Assembly (NCBI GenBank): GCA_051745145.1
Contig: JBNJDT010000002.1
Coordinates: 1-64,000, forward strand
DNA from: Elusimicrobiota bacterium
GTDB lineage: Bacteria; CG03; SLGR01; JAGXOG01
Reading direction: 5' to 3'
Length of the DNA: 64,000 bases
The notes beneath the pieces are model-generated. The model was not told where the DNA came from. It worked only from the letters and a program-made list of their open reading frames with translations, and ran no database searches. Made by a program: the position numbers and the translations under genes. Below are positions 45,212 to 55,205 of this stretch, in pieces (position 1 is the first letter of the stretch; each line of letters starts with the position of its first letter).

Positions 45212-46554
45212 TACCCTATTCCCAGTTCATCATGTACAAAGTGAGTATCATAGGTCCCATTTATAAAATTTTCATTATTCATTACTAATTTATTGAAATC
45301 TATAGTGGTATTCACGCCCTCTATATCAAATTCATCCAGAGCTCTTTTCGTGCGCAGTATAGTCTCCTTACGATTTTTACCATGCACTATAAGTTTAGCG
45401 AGCATAGAATCATAAAAGGCCGGAATTTTATAATTCTGATGAATAGCAGTATCTATTCTGATACCCGGTCCTCCGGGTAAATTAAATAAACTTATTGTAC
45501 CAAGCGACGGCGCAAAATTATTTTTATAATCTTCAGAATTTATTCTGCATTCGATTGCATGGCCATAGGGTTTCAATCTCTTGCGCATATCAAGTTCTTC
45601 ACCGGCGGCAAGCTTTATCTGTTCTTTTACCAGGTCTACTCCGGTAACTGCCTCGGAAACAGGATGCTCTACCTGTATCCGGGTATTCATTTCCATAAAA
45701 TAGAAATTGTCGTCGTTATCCAATAAAAACTCAACAGTTCCCACTGTCGTATAGTCAATGGCCTTTGCTGCCCGGATAGAAGCTTTCCCCATGCGTTTCC
45801 TTATTTTTGAACTCACCGCCGGAGATGGGGACTCTTCTATAAGTTTTTGATGTTTTCGTTGAATAGAACATTCTCTTTCGGGAAAATATACTATATTACC
45901 TTTTTTATCGGCCATTATCTGAATTTCTATATGGTGGGGCTGCTCTATGTATTTTTCTAAATATATTCCTTCGTTCCCGAAAGCGGCCTTTGCTTCCTGT
46001 TTAGCCTCGGAAAATGTTTTTCTCAATGCCTCTTCTTTTTTTACTATTCTCATGCCTTTGCCCCCGCCCCCGGCAACGGCTTTAAGAATAACCGGATAAC
46101 CTATTTTTTGGGCTATCTTTGCAGCTTTTTCCACCTTTTTTATAACTTCTGTACTTCCCGGAATTATGGGCACGCCCTGATCATCCATAAGCTTTCTGGC
46201 TCTGGCTTTTTCTCCCATACTCAATATTGCTTTACTGGACGGCCCGATGAATTTTATATTACAGGTTTCACATATTTCCGCAAAATGGGAGTTCTCCGCT
46301 AAAAAACCATATCCGGGATGAATAGCATCGGCCTTACTGATCTGGGCCGCACTTACTATGTTGGCCATATTTAAATAACTTTCAGAAGCCGGATCCTCTC
46401 CCACACATACACTTTCATCGGCATTACGCGTGGCAAAGGAATCACCATCGACCTGAGAATGTATAACTACCGTTTTTATACCTAATTCTTTGCAGGCCCT
46501 AATTATTCTCAGAGCTATCTCCCCCCGGTTTGCAATTAGTATTTTTTTAAACAA
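45211..46554 (-). CDS. accC: Biotin carboxylase
   Basis: ANRGEIA, HPGYGFLAEN, GGGGKGM, ERECSIQR, EMNTRIQVEHPV; TTG start with AAGGAG SD. Confidence 0.96.
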   Translation of the reverse strand: MFKKILIANRGEIALRIIRACKELGIKTVVIHSQVDGDSFATRNADESVCVGEDPASESYLNMANIVSAAQISKADAIHPGYGFLAENSHFAEICETCNIKFIGPSSKAILSMGEKARARKLMDDQGVPIIPGSTEVIKKVEKAAKIAQKIGYPVILKAVAGGGGKGMRIVKKEEALRKTFSEAKQEAKAAFGNEGIYLEKYIEQPHHIEIQIMADKKGNIVYFPERECSIQRKHQKLIEESPSPAVSSKIRKRMGKASIRAAKAIDYTTVGTVEFLLDNDDNFYFMEMNTRIQVEHPVSEAVTGVDLVKEQIKLAAGEELDMRKRLKPYGHAIECRINSEDYKNNFAPSLGTISLFNLPGGPGIRIDTAIHQNYKIPAFYDSMLAKLIVHGKNRKETILRTKRALDEFDIEGVNTTIDFNKLVMNNENFINGTYDTHFVHDELGIG

Positions 46555-46582
46555 AACTCATTCTCTCCTTCATTATATTTAA

Positions 46583-47059
46583 CTAATCTTTTTTCTCTAT
46601 TTCAAACAGTTTCTGACCAAATTCCACGGGTTGAGTATTTTTTATAAACTTTTTCTTTATCTTTCCGCTGACCGGGGATATTATATCTTTTAATATACTC
46701 ATTGATTCTACCACACCAAGTTTTTGCCCCTGGGATACTTTCTTACCCACCTTGGATAATACTTTCTTAGAAGATGGTACGCGATCTCTAAAAATCCCGA
46801 CAGATTGAGATTTTACTTCTACGATATTCTTTCTTTTTTCAGCAGCTCGCTCTTTTTGGGTTTTCTTTTTCTTATCCTCTACCTCTTTTTTAGTTTTTTC
46901 GCGGTGTTCTTCGACTTCTTTTTCAATCTCTCTGTCTTTTATGCGTCGTGTAACACCGATATTTAAACCCTCTCTTCCATAATAAATGCGACGGATATCG
47001 GTGCCCTCAATAGCTTTCAGCATCTTCTCTATTCTTTTTAAACCGGTTTTATATTTCAT
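46583..47059 (-). CDS. AccB/BCCP homologue lacking the biotinyl-lysine
   Basis: Biotinyl-domain pattern VGIF, VG.KV..GQ.LGVVE, SGKI, QPVEFGQ.LF, but ESMSIL where EAMKL is expected; located between efp and accC. Confidence 0.85.
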   Translation of the reverse strand: MKYKTGLKRIEKMLKAIEGTDIRRIYYGREGLNIGVTRRIKDREIEKEVEEHREKTKKEVEDKKKKTQKERAAEKRKNIVEVKSQSVGIFRDRVPSSKKVLSKVGKKVSQGQKLGVVESMSILKDIISPVSGKIKKKFIKNTQPVEFGQKLFEIEKKD

Positions 47060-47116
47060 TTTAACTTCCTTCAAATTTATTCACAGATACAACTCAATCA
47101 AAACAAAAAACAATAC

Positions 47117-47686
47117 TTAATCCACCCTGGAAACATATTCCCCGCTACGGGTATCAATTAAAATTTCTTCGCCCCGTTCAATAAAAAGCGGCACCTCCGT
47201 TACCAGACCTGTCTCTAAAGTTGCTTTTTTAGTACCCCCGCTTACCGTATTCCCCTTAACCCCGGGGGGAGTCTCCACTACTTTCATAGTAACTTTCGGA
47301 GGTAATTCAATATCCAGCACCTGTCCCTCAAATATTAACAGAACTACATTTTCACCTTCCACCAGAAAATTTTTCTTCTCCCCTACTTTATCCGCGGGGA
47401 CCTGCATCTGGGTATAATCCTGCGCATCCATAAAATAATAAAAATTATCATTATAGTAAAGAAATTGTTTCTCTTCTTTTTTTACTATGACCTGTTCTAC
47501 TTCCCGGGTAGCTCTGTAATTTTTTTCTTTTATTTTATCCGTCTGCACATCTCTCATTCTAATTCGCATAAAAGCTCCCCCCTTTCCAGGTTTACGGTGC
47601 TGAAACCACTCCACACTGTTTATAGAACCGTCTACCATAAGATACATCTTATTTGTTATCTTGTTTACCGATATTTTCCGCTTAAT
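47117..47686 (-). CDS. efp: Elongation factor P (probable ATT start)
   Basis: HRKPGKGGAF, PPGVKGNT.SGGTK.ATLETG, VPLFI, DTRSGEYVSR; homology extends 5' of ATG 47647. Confidence 0.95.
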   Translation of the reverse strand: MKRKISVNKITNKMYLMVDGSINSVEWFQHRKPGKGGAFMRIRMRDVQTDKIKEKNYRATREVEQVIVKKEEKQFLYYNDNFYYFMDAQDYTQMQVPADKVGEKKNFLVEGENVVLLIFEGQVLDIELPPKVTMKVVETPPGVKGNTVSGGTKKATLETGLVTEVPLFIERGEEILIDTRSGEYVSRVD

Positions 47687-48708
47687 AACTGGCTACCTCC
47701 TCTGGTTATCAAATACATATCTTCCAATCTCATTCCTCCTGCCCCGGGAATATAAATACCGGGTTCAACTGTCAGCACCATACCCTCTTTAAGTATTTCA
47801 TCTCCGGATGGTTTTAAGTAAGGTCTTTCATGAACTTCTATTCCCACGCCATGACCCAGACCGTGATTAAACCACCTGCCCATTTTAAAAGATTTTAGCA
47901 CATCCATAGCAGTATTATAAATTTCAGCGCACTCTATACCCGGTTTTAGTTTTTCGACCGCTGCTTTTTTCGCTTTACTTAATTTATCAAATAAATCTTC
48001 AGAATTAAAATCTTTCCACAACTTATCCAAAATAAAAGTTCTTGTCAAGTCGGAACAGTAACCTTTGTATTTCAGACCGGCATCTATTTTAAGCCAGCCG
48101 CGGTTTATTTTTGTGGCATCCGGTAGATGATGGGGGCAAGCAGAATTTTTACCGGCCGCTACCACAGGAGTAAACGAAGGACCAGTAAAATTTTCCTGCC
48201 ACATCTTAGAAGTTAACCAGCCGGTTAACTCAATTTCCGTACTACCTCTACAGATATCCGTATCCAATGTTTCCATAATAACATTCATTTTTTGCGCGGC
48301 TGTTTTTATCTTTTCTATTTCTCCGGCATCCTTTACTACCCGGTATCTGGATACTATATCTTTTTTAAGTATTATATCTTTGGAAAGCTCTTTTATCTTA
48401 CGGAACTGATTAAAAGAAATATTATTTTTATCTACTGCCACTTTACAGTCTTTTAATATTTTAAATATATTTTTCCAGGGTAATCCAAAACGATAAGTGA
48501 TGCAGTTTATTCCATCCAGTTTATTTTTTACTTCTTCGGCAACGACCTGAGAAACGTAACAATAAATTTTATCACCGGAAATCAGCAGTAAAGAAGGACC
48601 GCGAGCACCGGTAAGATAAAAAATATCCGCCGGGTTATAAATAACAGCAGCATCAACAGATATACTTTCCAGCCAGTCAGTTATTCTCTTTAATCTTTTC
48701 CCAGACAT
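47665..48708 (-). CDS. Xaa-Pro aminopeptidase/dipeptidase (M24B)
   Basis: PHH, IDAG, YCSDLTRT, HGLGHGVGIEVHE, TVEPGIY, RLED. Confidence 0.93.
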   Translation of the reverse strand: MSGKRLKRITDWLESISVDAAVIYNPADIFYLTGARGPSLLLISGDKIYCYVSQVVAEEVKNKLDGINCITYRFGLPWKNIFKILKDCKVAVDKNNISFNQFRKIKELSKDIILKKDIVSRYRVVKDAGEIEKIKTAAQKMNVIMETLDTDICRGSTEIELTGWLTSKMWQENFTGPSFTPVVAAGKNSACPHHLPDATKINRGWLKIDAGLKYKGYCSDLTRTFILDKLWKDFNSEDLFDKLSKAKKAAVEKLKPGIECAEIYNTAMDVLKSFKMGRWFNHGLGHGVGIEVHERPYLKPSGDEILKEGMVLTVEPGIYIPGAGGMRLEDMYLITRGGSQLLSGKYR

Positions 48709-48751
48709 CTATTTTATATTCTTTTAGATCGGACTTATCGATAAAAGAAGG

Positions 48752-49177
48752 TTATCCGCCGGCCAGATAATCAAGAGCCAGTATATAACCTTTGCTACCC
48801 AGCCCGCTGATTACGCCCGTAGCCTGAGAGGCAGTAAGCGATTTTTGCCGGAATTCTTCCCTTCCCAGTATATTGGAAAGATGGACCTCTATTATATCAC
48901 CTTCAAACATCTCCAGAGAATCTCTCAAAGCTACACTTGTATGAGTAAACGCCGCAGGATTTATTATGAGGGACCGGGCCTGGCTGCCGTTAATTTTTTC
49001 TACTATATCTCCCTCGCTGCTGGACTGGAAAAATTCCACACTGACTCCCAGTTTTTCTGCCCGGCTAGTAATTTTTTTATTTATATCATCCAGGGTTTCT
49101 TTTCCATATATTTTCTCATCCCGCTTGCCCAGTTTATCCATATTGGGCCCGTTTATAACCAGTATTTTCTCAGACAT
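48752..49177 (-). CDS. aroQ: Type II 3-dehydroquinate dehydratase
   Basis: NGPNM..LG.R..IYG, INPAAFTHTS, EVHLSN..RE.FR. Start at ATG 49177 (AGGAG SD). Confidence 0.95.
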   Translation of the reverse strand: MSEKILVINGPNMDKLGKRDEKIYGKETLDDINKKITSRAEKLGVSVEFFQSSSEGDIVEKINGSQARSLIINPAAFTHTSVALRDSLEMFEGDIIEVHLSNILGREEFRQKSLTASQATGVISGLGSKGYILALDYLAGG

Positions 49178-49211
49178 AATTTTCTCCTGCTGCAATTTTA
49201 TTTTACTGTCA

Positions 49212-49952
49212 TTATTTATCTTTACTCTTGTCCATAAGCGATTTAAAAAGCTCTATAGGTATAGGAAAAAGAGTAGTTGAATTATTTTCAGTAGCTATTT
49301 CCGTAAGAGTTCTTAAAAATCTAAGCTGTATGCCAACCGGATTTTGAGAAAGTACTTTAGCTGCTTCGTTGATTTTCTCAGATGCCTGAAATTCACCTTC
49401 GGCATTTATTATTTTAGCTCTTCTATCCCTTTCTGCTTCTGCCTGGGCGGCAATTGAACGCTGCATATTTTCGGGTACCTCAACATCCTTTATTTCTACC
49501 ATAGAAACTTTTATACCCCACGGATCGGTAGCTTTATCTATTACTCCCTGAAGTTTTTTATTTAATTTTTCTCTTTCAGAAAGTACTTCGTCAAGTTCGG
49601 CTTCTCCTACTACACTCCTTAATGTTGTCTGGGATACCTGAGAAGTAGCCATACCATAATTCTGTACTTCCACTATGGCTTTGGAAGGATCCATAACCCT
49701 GAAATAACATACTGCATTTACGCTTACCGGTACATTATCCCGGGTAATTACTTCCTGAACCGGAATATCCAGAACTATAGTTCTCAAAGATACTTTTCGC
49801 ATTTTATCCACTATGGGGATAATAAAAAAGAGTCCCGGTCCTTTGGCCCCTACCAATCTTCCCAATCTGAATATAACACCTCTTTCATACTCATCCACAA
49901 TCCTGATTGCCGAGATTAATATTACGGCAATTACAATAATTGCTACTACCAT
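49212..49952 (-). CDS. Slipin/SPFH (stomatin-like) protein
   Basis: [44 protein letters not shown]. Confidence 0.94.
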   Translation of the reverse strand: MVVAIIVIAVILISAIRIVDEYERGVIFRLGRLVGAKGPGLFFIIPIVDKMRKVSLRTIVLDIPVQEVITRDNVPVSVNAVCYFRVMDPSKAIVEVQNYGMATSQVSQTTLRSVVGEAELDEVLSEREKLNKKLQGVIDKATDPWGIKVSMVEIKDVEVPENMQRSIAAQAEAERDRRAKIINAEGEFQASEKINEAAKVLSQNPVGIQLRFLRTLTEIATENNSTTLFPIPIELFKSLMDKSKDK

Positions 49953-50055
49953 TTACTGCCTCCCTTGTCTTCTTCAAACAATTTAATCTCTCTAACCTGA
50001 ATAATCCTGCATATTACCGTTATTAATAAATATAGACAACAGTTTATTCTTTTTA

Positions 50056-51357
50056 TTACATATCTTTTTTCTCAACCAACAACCTGTTCCCCTTTGTCTC
50101 TACTATTTTTACTTTCGATTCTTTTTGTATATTTCCGCTTACGCTCCGGGCATCCCAGAATTCTCCGCGCACATAAATTTTACCATCGGGATTTAAATCC
50201 TCTTCGACATCTCCGGTAAGACCTATCATCCCTTCTTTGCCGGTAGTAACTTTTTTGCCCTGTATGTGGATACCGGAACTTACGGCAAATACAAAGAACA
50301 GCCCCGTAGTCACCGTGGCCCCAATAATAAGTTCAGGAGAAATATCCAGGGGAAGTTCTTTCACATCATATAAAGTTAACGAACCAACAAGAAAACTTAC
50401 CAACCCCCCTGTTGTAAGAATACCGTAGGACGGTACCCAGATATCTAAAAGCATAAGAACTACCCCAAAAATAATCAACAGTATACCGACAGTATTAATA
50501 GGTAACATCTGAAAAGAGAGCGCCGCCAGTAAAAGGGCAACTCCGCCCACTACAATACCCAATTCTATACCGGGATTGCTGAATTCATATATTAAACCGT
50601 ATATCCCCAGGACCAGTAAAATATACGCAAAATTAGGATCAGCTATGTAATTTAAAAATTTTCTAAACGGACTCATATCCACATTTCGGGTGCCCCCTTC
50701 AAAGGTAATTGTATAAACCCTATCGTTTTTCTCCACTTTGACACCTTCAATCCGGTCTTTTAACTCTCCAAATCCCCCCACCTCATAATCGATAACTTCT
50801 TTTTCAAGTGCTTCTGTGGAAGTAATACTTAAACTCTGGGTAACCGCCTTTTGAGCCCAACCGGCATTTCGCCCGTGTTTTTCGGCCAGAGCCTTTATAT
50901 ACGCCCGGGCATCCTGAGACATCTTTTCCGATTGCTCCTTGGAAATTTCCTGTCCCCCCATCTTCACAGGATGGGCCGCTCCTATATTTGTACCCCTGGC
51001 CATTGCCGCTATATCGGAACTCATAGTTATAAAAACCCCGGCAGAAGCCGCCCGGGCTCCCGACGGTCCCACGTAGACTATAACCGGATACTCACTTGCC
51101 TCTATCTCTTTAATTATATCTCTCATAGAGCTCATTAAGCCGCCGGGGGTATCCATCTTAATTATAACGGAATTGGCCCCGGAACCGGCACTTTTTAGTT
51201 GTTCCGTTAAATATTGTGCGGATACAGGATTTACGGTTCCCTCTAATTTTAAAACATGTACCGGACCTGGATCTTTATCTTTTCCTTGAGCAATTTCGCC
51301 AAAGAAAAAGAATACCAAAAATATTATTATAAATCTTTTAATCAACTTTAATTTCAT
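50056..51357 (-). CDS. nfeD: NfeD family membrane-bound serine protease (ClpP-like N-domain)
   Basis: DTPGG, ARAASAG, NIGAAHPV, C-terminal OB fold (VRGEFWDA); canonical partner of slipin. Confidence 0.92.
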   Translation of the reverse strand: MKLKLIKRFIIIFLVFFFFGEIAQGKDKDPGPVHVLKLEGTVNPVSAQYLTEQLKSAGSGANSVIIKMDTPGGLMSSMRDIIKEIEASEYPVIVYVGPSGARAASAGVFITMSSDIAAMARGTNIGAAHPVKMGGQEISKEQSEKMSQDARAYIKALAEKHGRNAGWAQKAVTQSLSITSTEALEKEVIDYEVGGFGELKDRIEGVKVEKNDRVYTITFEGGTRNVDMSPFRKFLNYIADPNFAYILLVLGIYGLIYEFSNPGIELGIVVGGVALLLAALSFQMLPINTVGILLIIFGVVLMLLDIWVPSYGILTTGGLVSFLVGSLTLYDVKELPLDISPELIIGATVTTGLFFVFAVSSGIHIQGKKVTTGKEGMIGLTGDVEEDLNPDGKIYVRGEFWDARSVSGNIQKESKVKIVETKGNRLLVEKKDM

Positions 51358-52423
51358 CTATTACCTCTTTAAGCAGCGCTTCTTCTACTACTATGCCCGG
51401 TTCCACATCACCCGCTTTGCGGGGAAGAACAAACTCTATTTTTTCTTTTCTTGTCTTTTTATCCAGATACATAGTTTCTATTAACTTTTCCGCAGCTATA
51501 TCCCGGGAAATGGCACAGGGCAATCCGTAAATTTGTAAAATTTCTTTTAATCGCGCCGAAAGCGGTTCCTCGGCAAACCCCATCCGTTCAGCTAAACGGG
51601 CTGCCACAATCATGCCTATAGCTACGCCCTCGCCGTGTTTTAAATTGCCATAACCACTTAAAACCTCCAAACCGTGGCCGGCAGTATGCCCTAAGTTTAA
51701 AACTCTCCTGAGATCTGCTTCTTTCTCATCCCGGACGGTAATTTTCCCTTTTATCTTCACGCATTTTGAAATCATAACTTCAAGCTCTTCCTGTTGAAGA
51801 TTTTTTATTGCTTCACTGTTATCTTTCAAAAAATTTAAAAATCTATTGCTGTCAATCACCGCATGTTTTATAACTTCCGCCATTCCCGACGTAAATTCTC
51901 TTTTTTCAAGAGTATTTAAAAGATTTACATCTATGTGAACATAAAGGGGTTGATAAAAAGTTCCCACCAAATTTTTTCCAGTTTTAAGATTTACTCCTGT
52001 TTTCCCCCCGACAGAACTGTCCACCTGAGCTACCAGGGAAGTAGGAATATTTAAAAATGGAAGTCCTCTTAAGTAAGTAGAAGCAGCAAAGCCTGCTATA
52101 TCTCCCACGACTCCACCGCCAAAAGCTATAACCGGGGTAAACCGTTCCAGCCTTTTATCACTCATCTCTTTAAATATATTTTTAACCGTGTTTAAATTTT
52201 TAAATTCTTCCCCGTCTTTCAGCACTATTTTGCGGCAATCTAAATCCGCCCTGTTAAACATACCGTCGAGACGATCACCGTATATGTTTTCCAGAGTATC
52301 ATTAGTTATCAGACAAACTTTTTTTCTATCGGTCAAGTTTTTAAACTCATCAATAAAATTTTCCAGATCTTCACCTATTTTGACCGAATACGGATGGTGG
52401 GGTATATCTACATTAATTAACAT
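51338..52423 (-). CDS. aroB: 3-dehydroquinate synthase
   Basis: GGGVVGD, PTSLVAQVDSSVGGKTG, KNLVGTFYQP, LNLGHT.GH, HGEGV. Confidence 0.96.
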   Translation of the reverse strand: MLINVDIPHHPYSVKIGEDLENFIDEFKNLTDRKKVCLITNDTLENIYGDRLDGMFNRADLDCRKIVLKDGEEFKNLNTVKNIFKEMSDKRLERFTPVIAFGGGVVGDIAGFAASTYLRGLPFLNIPTSLVAQVDSSVGGKTGVNLKTGKNLVGTFYQPLYVHIDVNLLNTLEKREFTSGMAEVIKHAVIDSNRFLNFLKDNSEAIKNLQQEELEVMISKCVKIKGKITVRDEKEADLRRVLNLGHTAGHGLEVLSGYGNLKHGEGVAIGMIVAARLAERMGFAEEPLSARLKEILQIYGLPCAISRDIAAEKLIETMYLDKKTRKEKIEFVLPRKAGDVEPGIVVEEALLKEVIDEIKVD

Positions 52424-52946
52424 TATCTTTAATAAATCCCTTAATCTCTTCAACTACTTCCCGTATATTTTTATCACGCGTATCCACAGCATAATGACAT
52501 CTTTTATAATAGCCGGCCCGTTTTTTTAACAATTCTTCCAGCTTTTTTTCCGGATCGGCAACCTTTAAGAGGGGCCTGTTATCTTCCCTTTTAAGTCTCT
52601 GATATAAAGTTGCGGCATCCGCTTTTAAGCAGATTATATAGGAATTTTTTTCTAACTCATCCATATTTTCAGAATTTTTAACTACCCCGCCTCCGGTAGC
52701 AATCACATGCTTATCAAGTAAGCTTACGCATTTAACGGCTTTTTTCTCCAGTTCCCTGAAGCTTTTTTCACCGTCTTTTTCAAAAATCTCATTTATGCTG
52801 TAACCCACGTCTTTTTCTATCATTTCATCCGTATCTATATAATGATAACCAAGTTCTTCGGCAAGCTTTTTACCCACTACGGTTTTTCCCGACCCCATCA
52901 TACCTGTCAATACTATATTCAAAAAATCGACCTTCCTCTCTGTCAA
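52413..52946 (-). CDS. aroK: Shikimate kinase
   Basis: GMMGSGKT, DTD, GE..FR, TGGG, RPLL. Confidence 0.96.
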   Translation of the reverse strand: MTERKVDFLNIVLTGMMGSGKTVVGKKLAEELGYHYIDTDEMIEKDVGYSINEIFEKDGEKSFRELEKKAVKCVSLLDKHVIATGGGVVKNSENMDELEKNSYIICLKADAATLYQRLKREDNRPLLKVADPEKKLEELLKKRAGYYKRCHYAVDTRDKNIREVVEEIKGFIKDNVN

Positions 52947-52974
52947 ATATTATTTAAATTTCACCGCATCCAAA

Positions 52975-54138
52975 TTAATATTCGGAAATCTGTCTCAAAT
53001 AATTTTTGTAATTTCTTTGCATCTCGTTAAAAGAATCACCACCGGTTTTAGATTTTAAAGCCTTACTTATTTCTAAAGCTACGGCAGCTTCCCCTACTAC
53101 ACCGGCAGCGGGCACCGCGCATACATCGGATCTAACTTTAGCGGACTTAATTTCCCGTTTCGTTTTCATATCCACTGAAGCCAGAGGCTTCCTTAGAGAA
53201 CTTATCGGTTTCATTACGGCATTAAAAATTAAATTTTCTCCGTTGGACATTCCTCCTTCAAAACCGCCGGCATTATTACTGGTCCGGTAAAATTCCTTTT
53301 TATCAGTATTATATTTTATCTCATCGTGAACTTTAGAACCTCGCATTTTAGCCATATCAAAGCCCCTGCCCGTTTCCACCCCTTTTATGGCCTGAATAGA
53401 CATCAAAGCCTGAGCTATTTTGCCGTCTAGTTTTAAATCCCACTGGGTATGGGATCCTAAACCCGGGGGAAGGCCCTCAACTACTACGGAAAATACTCCC
53501 CCTACAGTATCACCTGCCTCTTTAGCTTTTTCTATCTCTTCTATCATCTTAGCTTCAGCTTCTTTATCAATACACCTTAGCGGTGAATCCTCAGTTGCAG
53601 CCGGTATATCCCGGGGGCTAATATTAATCGCTTCGGTTTTAACTTTCCCTATCTGTTTTGTAAAACTCACGACATCTATCTTTAAATCATTGAGAAGCTT
53701 TTTAGCTACCGCTCCGGCCGCGACCCGCGCGGCAGTCTCCCGGGCTGACGCACGCTCTAAGATATCTCTCATATCATTTCTATTATATTTTAGCACTCCG
53801 GCAAGATCGGCATGGCCGGGTCTGGGTTCAGTAAGTATTTCATCCCGGTTTAAATTAATTTTATCGACCGACATCGTCTCTTTCCAGTTAGGCCAGTCCC
53901 GGTTTTTAACTACCATACATATCGGGGAGCCTATCGTTTCGCCCAATCTTACACCGGAAGTAATCTCAACTTTATCTTTTTCAATTTCCATTCTTTTACC
54001 CCGGCCGTACCCCTTCTGCCGGCGGGCAAGTTCTTTATTTATATATGCCGGTGTTATTTTCAAACCGGCGGGTATTCCTTCTAGTATAACTGTAACACTT
54101 TTACCGTGTGATTCTCCGGCAGTATAATATCTAATCAT
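52975..54138 (-). CDS. aroC: Chorismate synthase
   Basis: TAGESHG, RPGHAD, ERASARET, GGMSNG, MKPI, RSDVC. Confidence 0.97.
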   Translation of the reverse strand: MIRYYTAGESHGKSVTVILEGIPAGLKITPAYINKELARRQKGYGRGKRMEIEKDKVEITSGVRLGETIGSPICMVVKNRDWPNWKETMSVDKINLNRDEILTEPRPGHADLAGVLKYNRNDMRDILERASARETAARVAAGAVAKKLLNDLKIDVVSFTKQIGKVKTEAINISPRDIPAATEDSPLRCIDKEAEAKMIEEIEKAKEAGDTVGGVFSVVVEGLPPGLGSHTQWDLKLDGKIAQALMSIQAIKGVETGRGFDMAKMRGSKVHDEIKYNTDKKEFYRTSNNAGGFEGGMSNGENLIFNAVMKPISSLRKPLASVDMKTKREIKSAKVRSDVCAVPAAGVVGEAAVALEISKALKSKTGGDSFNEMQRNYKNYLRQISEY

Positions 54139-55000
54139 TATTTCTAACCTCTTTCTTTAAATACTCAATCATTATCTTCTTAGGAGCTCTCCGGCCGGTC
54201 CATATATGAAAAGCTTCCGCCCCCTGACCGGCCAGCATACCCACGCCATTTGCAGCTCTCAAACCTAGGCTATGGGCCTGTTTAATAAGTTCTGTATTTC
54301 TGTTATAAACCACATCATATACCTTTAATGTGGCCCTTACTTGCCCGGATTTTAAATTTACGGGCGGAGGTCCTTTTTTCATTCCCACCGGGGTAGCGTT
54401 AACCAGAAGACTGATATCTTTTAACGGTTTCCCAACATTATTTTTATCTATCAGCACTATTTCCTTGTGGGGATATATATCTGCATATTCTTGTTTTAAA
54501 CTTTCTGCTTTTTGAATATCTATATCGTATATATATACTTTTTTAAAAATCGACAGTAAAACCCAGCCCACTACTCTGCCCGCACCTCCGGCCCCCAATA
54601 CCATGGCCGATTCTTTTTCCATTAATTCAGTTCTAAAATCAAGAGTATCTTTTAAATCCTCCCGGAAACCCATATGGTCCGTATTATACCCAATTAATTT
54701 TCCGGCCTCATTTTTTACCGTATTTACAGCCCCTATTTCCCGGGCGGTTTTACTGACGGTATCCAAATGGTCCATTATTTTTATTTTGTGTGGAATAGTT
54801 ACATTAAAACCGGGATATCCTTTTTCTATAATTCTCTTTATAAAGTCTTTAAATTCCCTTTCGGTTTCTATTTTTTTAAGTTTATAATCCCAGTTTTCCA
54901 TTCCGTATTTTTTAAATGCAATTCTGTGCATACCCGGAGAAAGGGAATGCTTTACGGGATTACCTATTAAAAAACAAATTTTTTCTTTTAAATTATTCAT
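54131..55000 (-). CDS. aroE: Shikimate dehydrogenase
   Basis: HSLSP.MH, NVTIPHK, GAVNT, NTD, GAGGA, NATPVGM. Confidence 0.95.
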   Translation of the reverse strand: MNNLKEKICFLIGNPVKHSLSPGMHRIAFKKYGMENWDYKLKKIETEREFKDFIKRIIEKGYPGFNVTIPHKIKIMDHLDTVSKTAREIGAVNTVKNEAGKLIGYNTDHMGFREDLKDTLDFRTELMEKESAMVLGAGGAGRVVGWVLLSIFKKVYIYDIDIQKAESLKQEYADIYPHKEIVLIDKNNVGKPLKDISLLVNATPVGMKKGPPPVNLKSGQVRATLKVYDVVYNRNTELIKQAHSLGLRAANGVGMLAGQGAEAFHIWTGRRAPKKIMIEYLKKEVRNND

Positions 55001-55001
55001 A

Positions 55002-55205
55002 TTATCTATAAATCATATAAAACAGTACCGCTCCCATAAAAAGCAACAATGTGCCCACTTTTCTGCGATGCCTTAGTAAAAGACGGTCGGAAAATAGGTT
55101 TTCTCTCATCCACTCATTAAATTTAGTAATTATATCCGGCCGGGCAAGATACCCCATACCGACAGCCATAATAAATAATGCAACAATTATATTTAAATAT
55201 TTCAT
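55002..55205 (-). CDS. Small two-TM hypothetical membrane protein
   Basis: 67 aa ORF coupled to both neighbours; two hydrophobic segments. Confidence 0.65.
   Translation of the reverse strand: MKYLNIIVALFIMAVGMGYLARPDIITKFNEWMRENLFSDRLLLRHRRKVGTLLLFMGAVLFYMIYR

Noticed and set aside
46547..46561. Mini-ORF ATG AGT TTT GTT TAA overlapping the accC TTG start
   Set aside because: Only 3 nt from the SD; the TTG at 10-nt spacing explains initiation, and there is no support for a regulatory role.
53420..54127. 235-aa plus-strand ORF
   Set aside because: Antisense shadow of aroC with no recognisable motifs.
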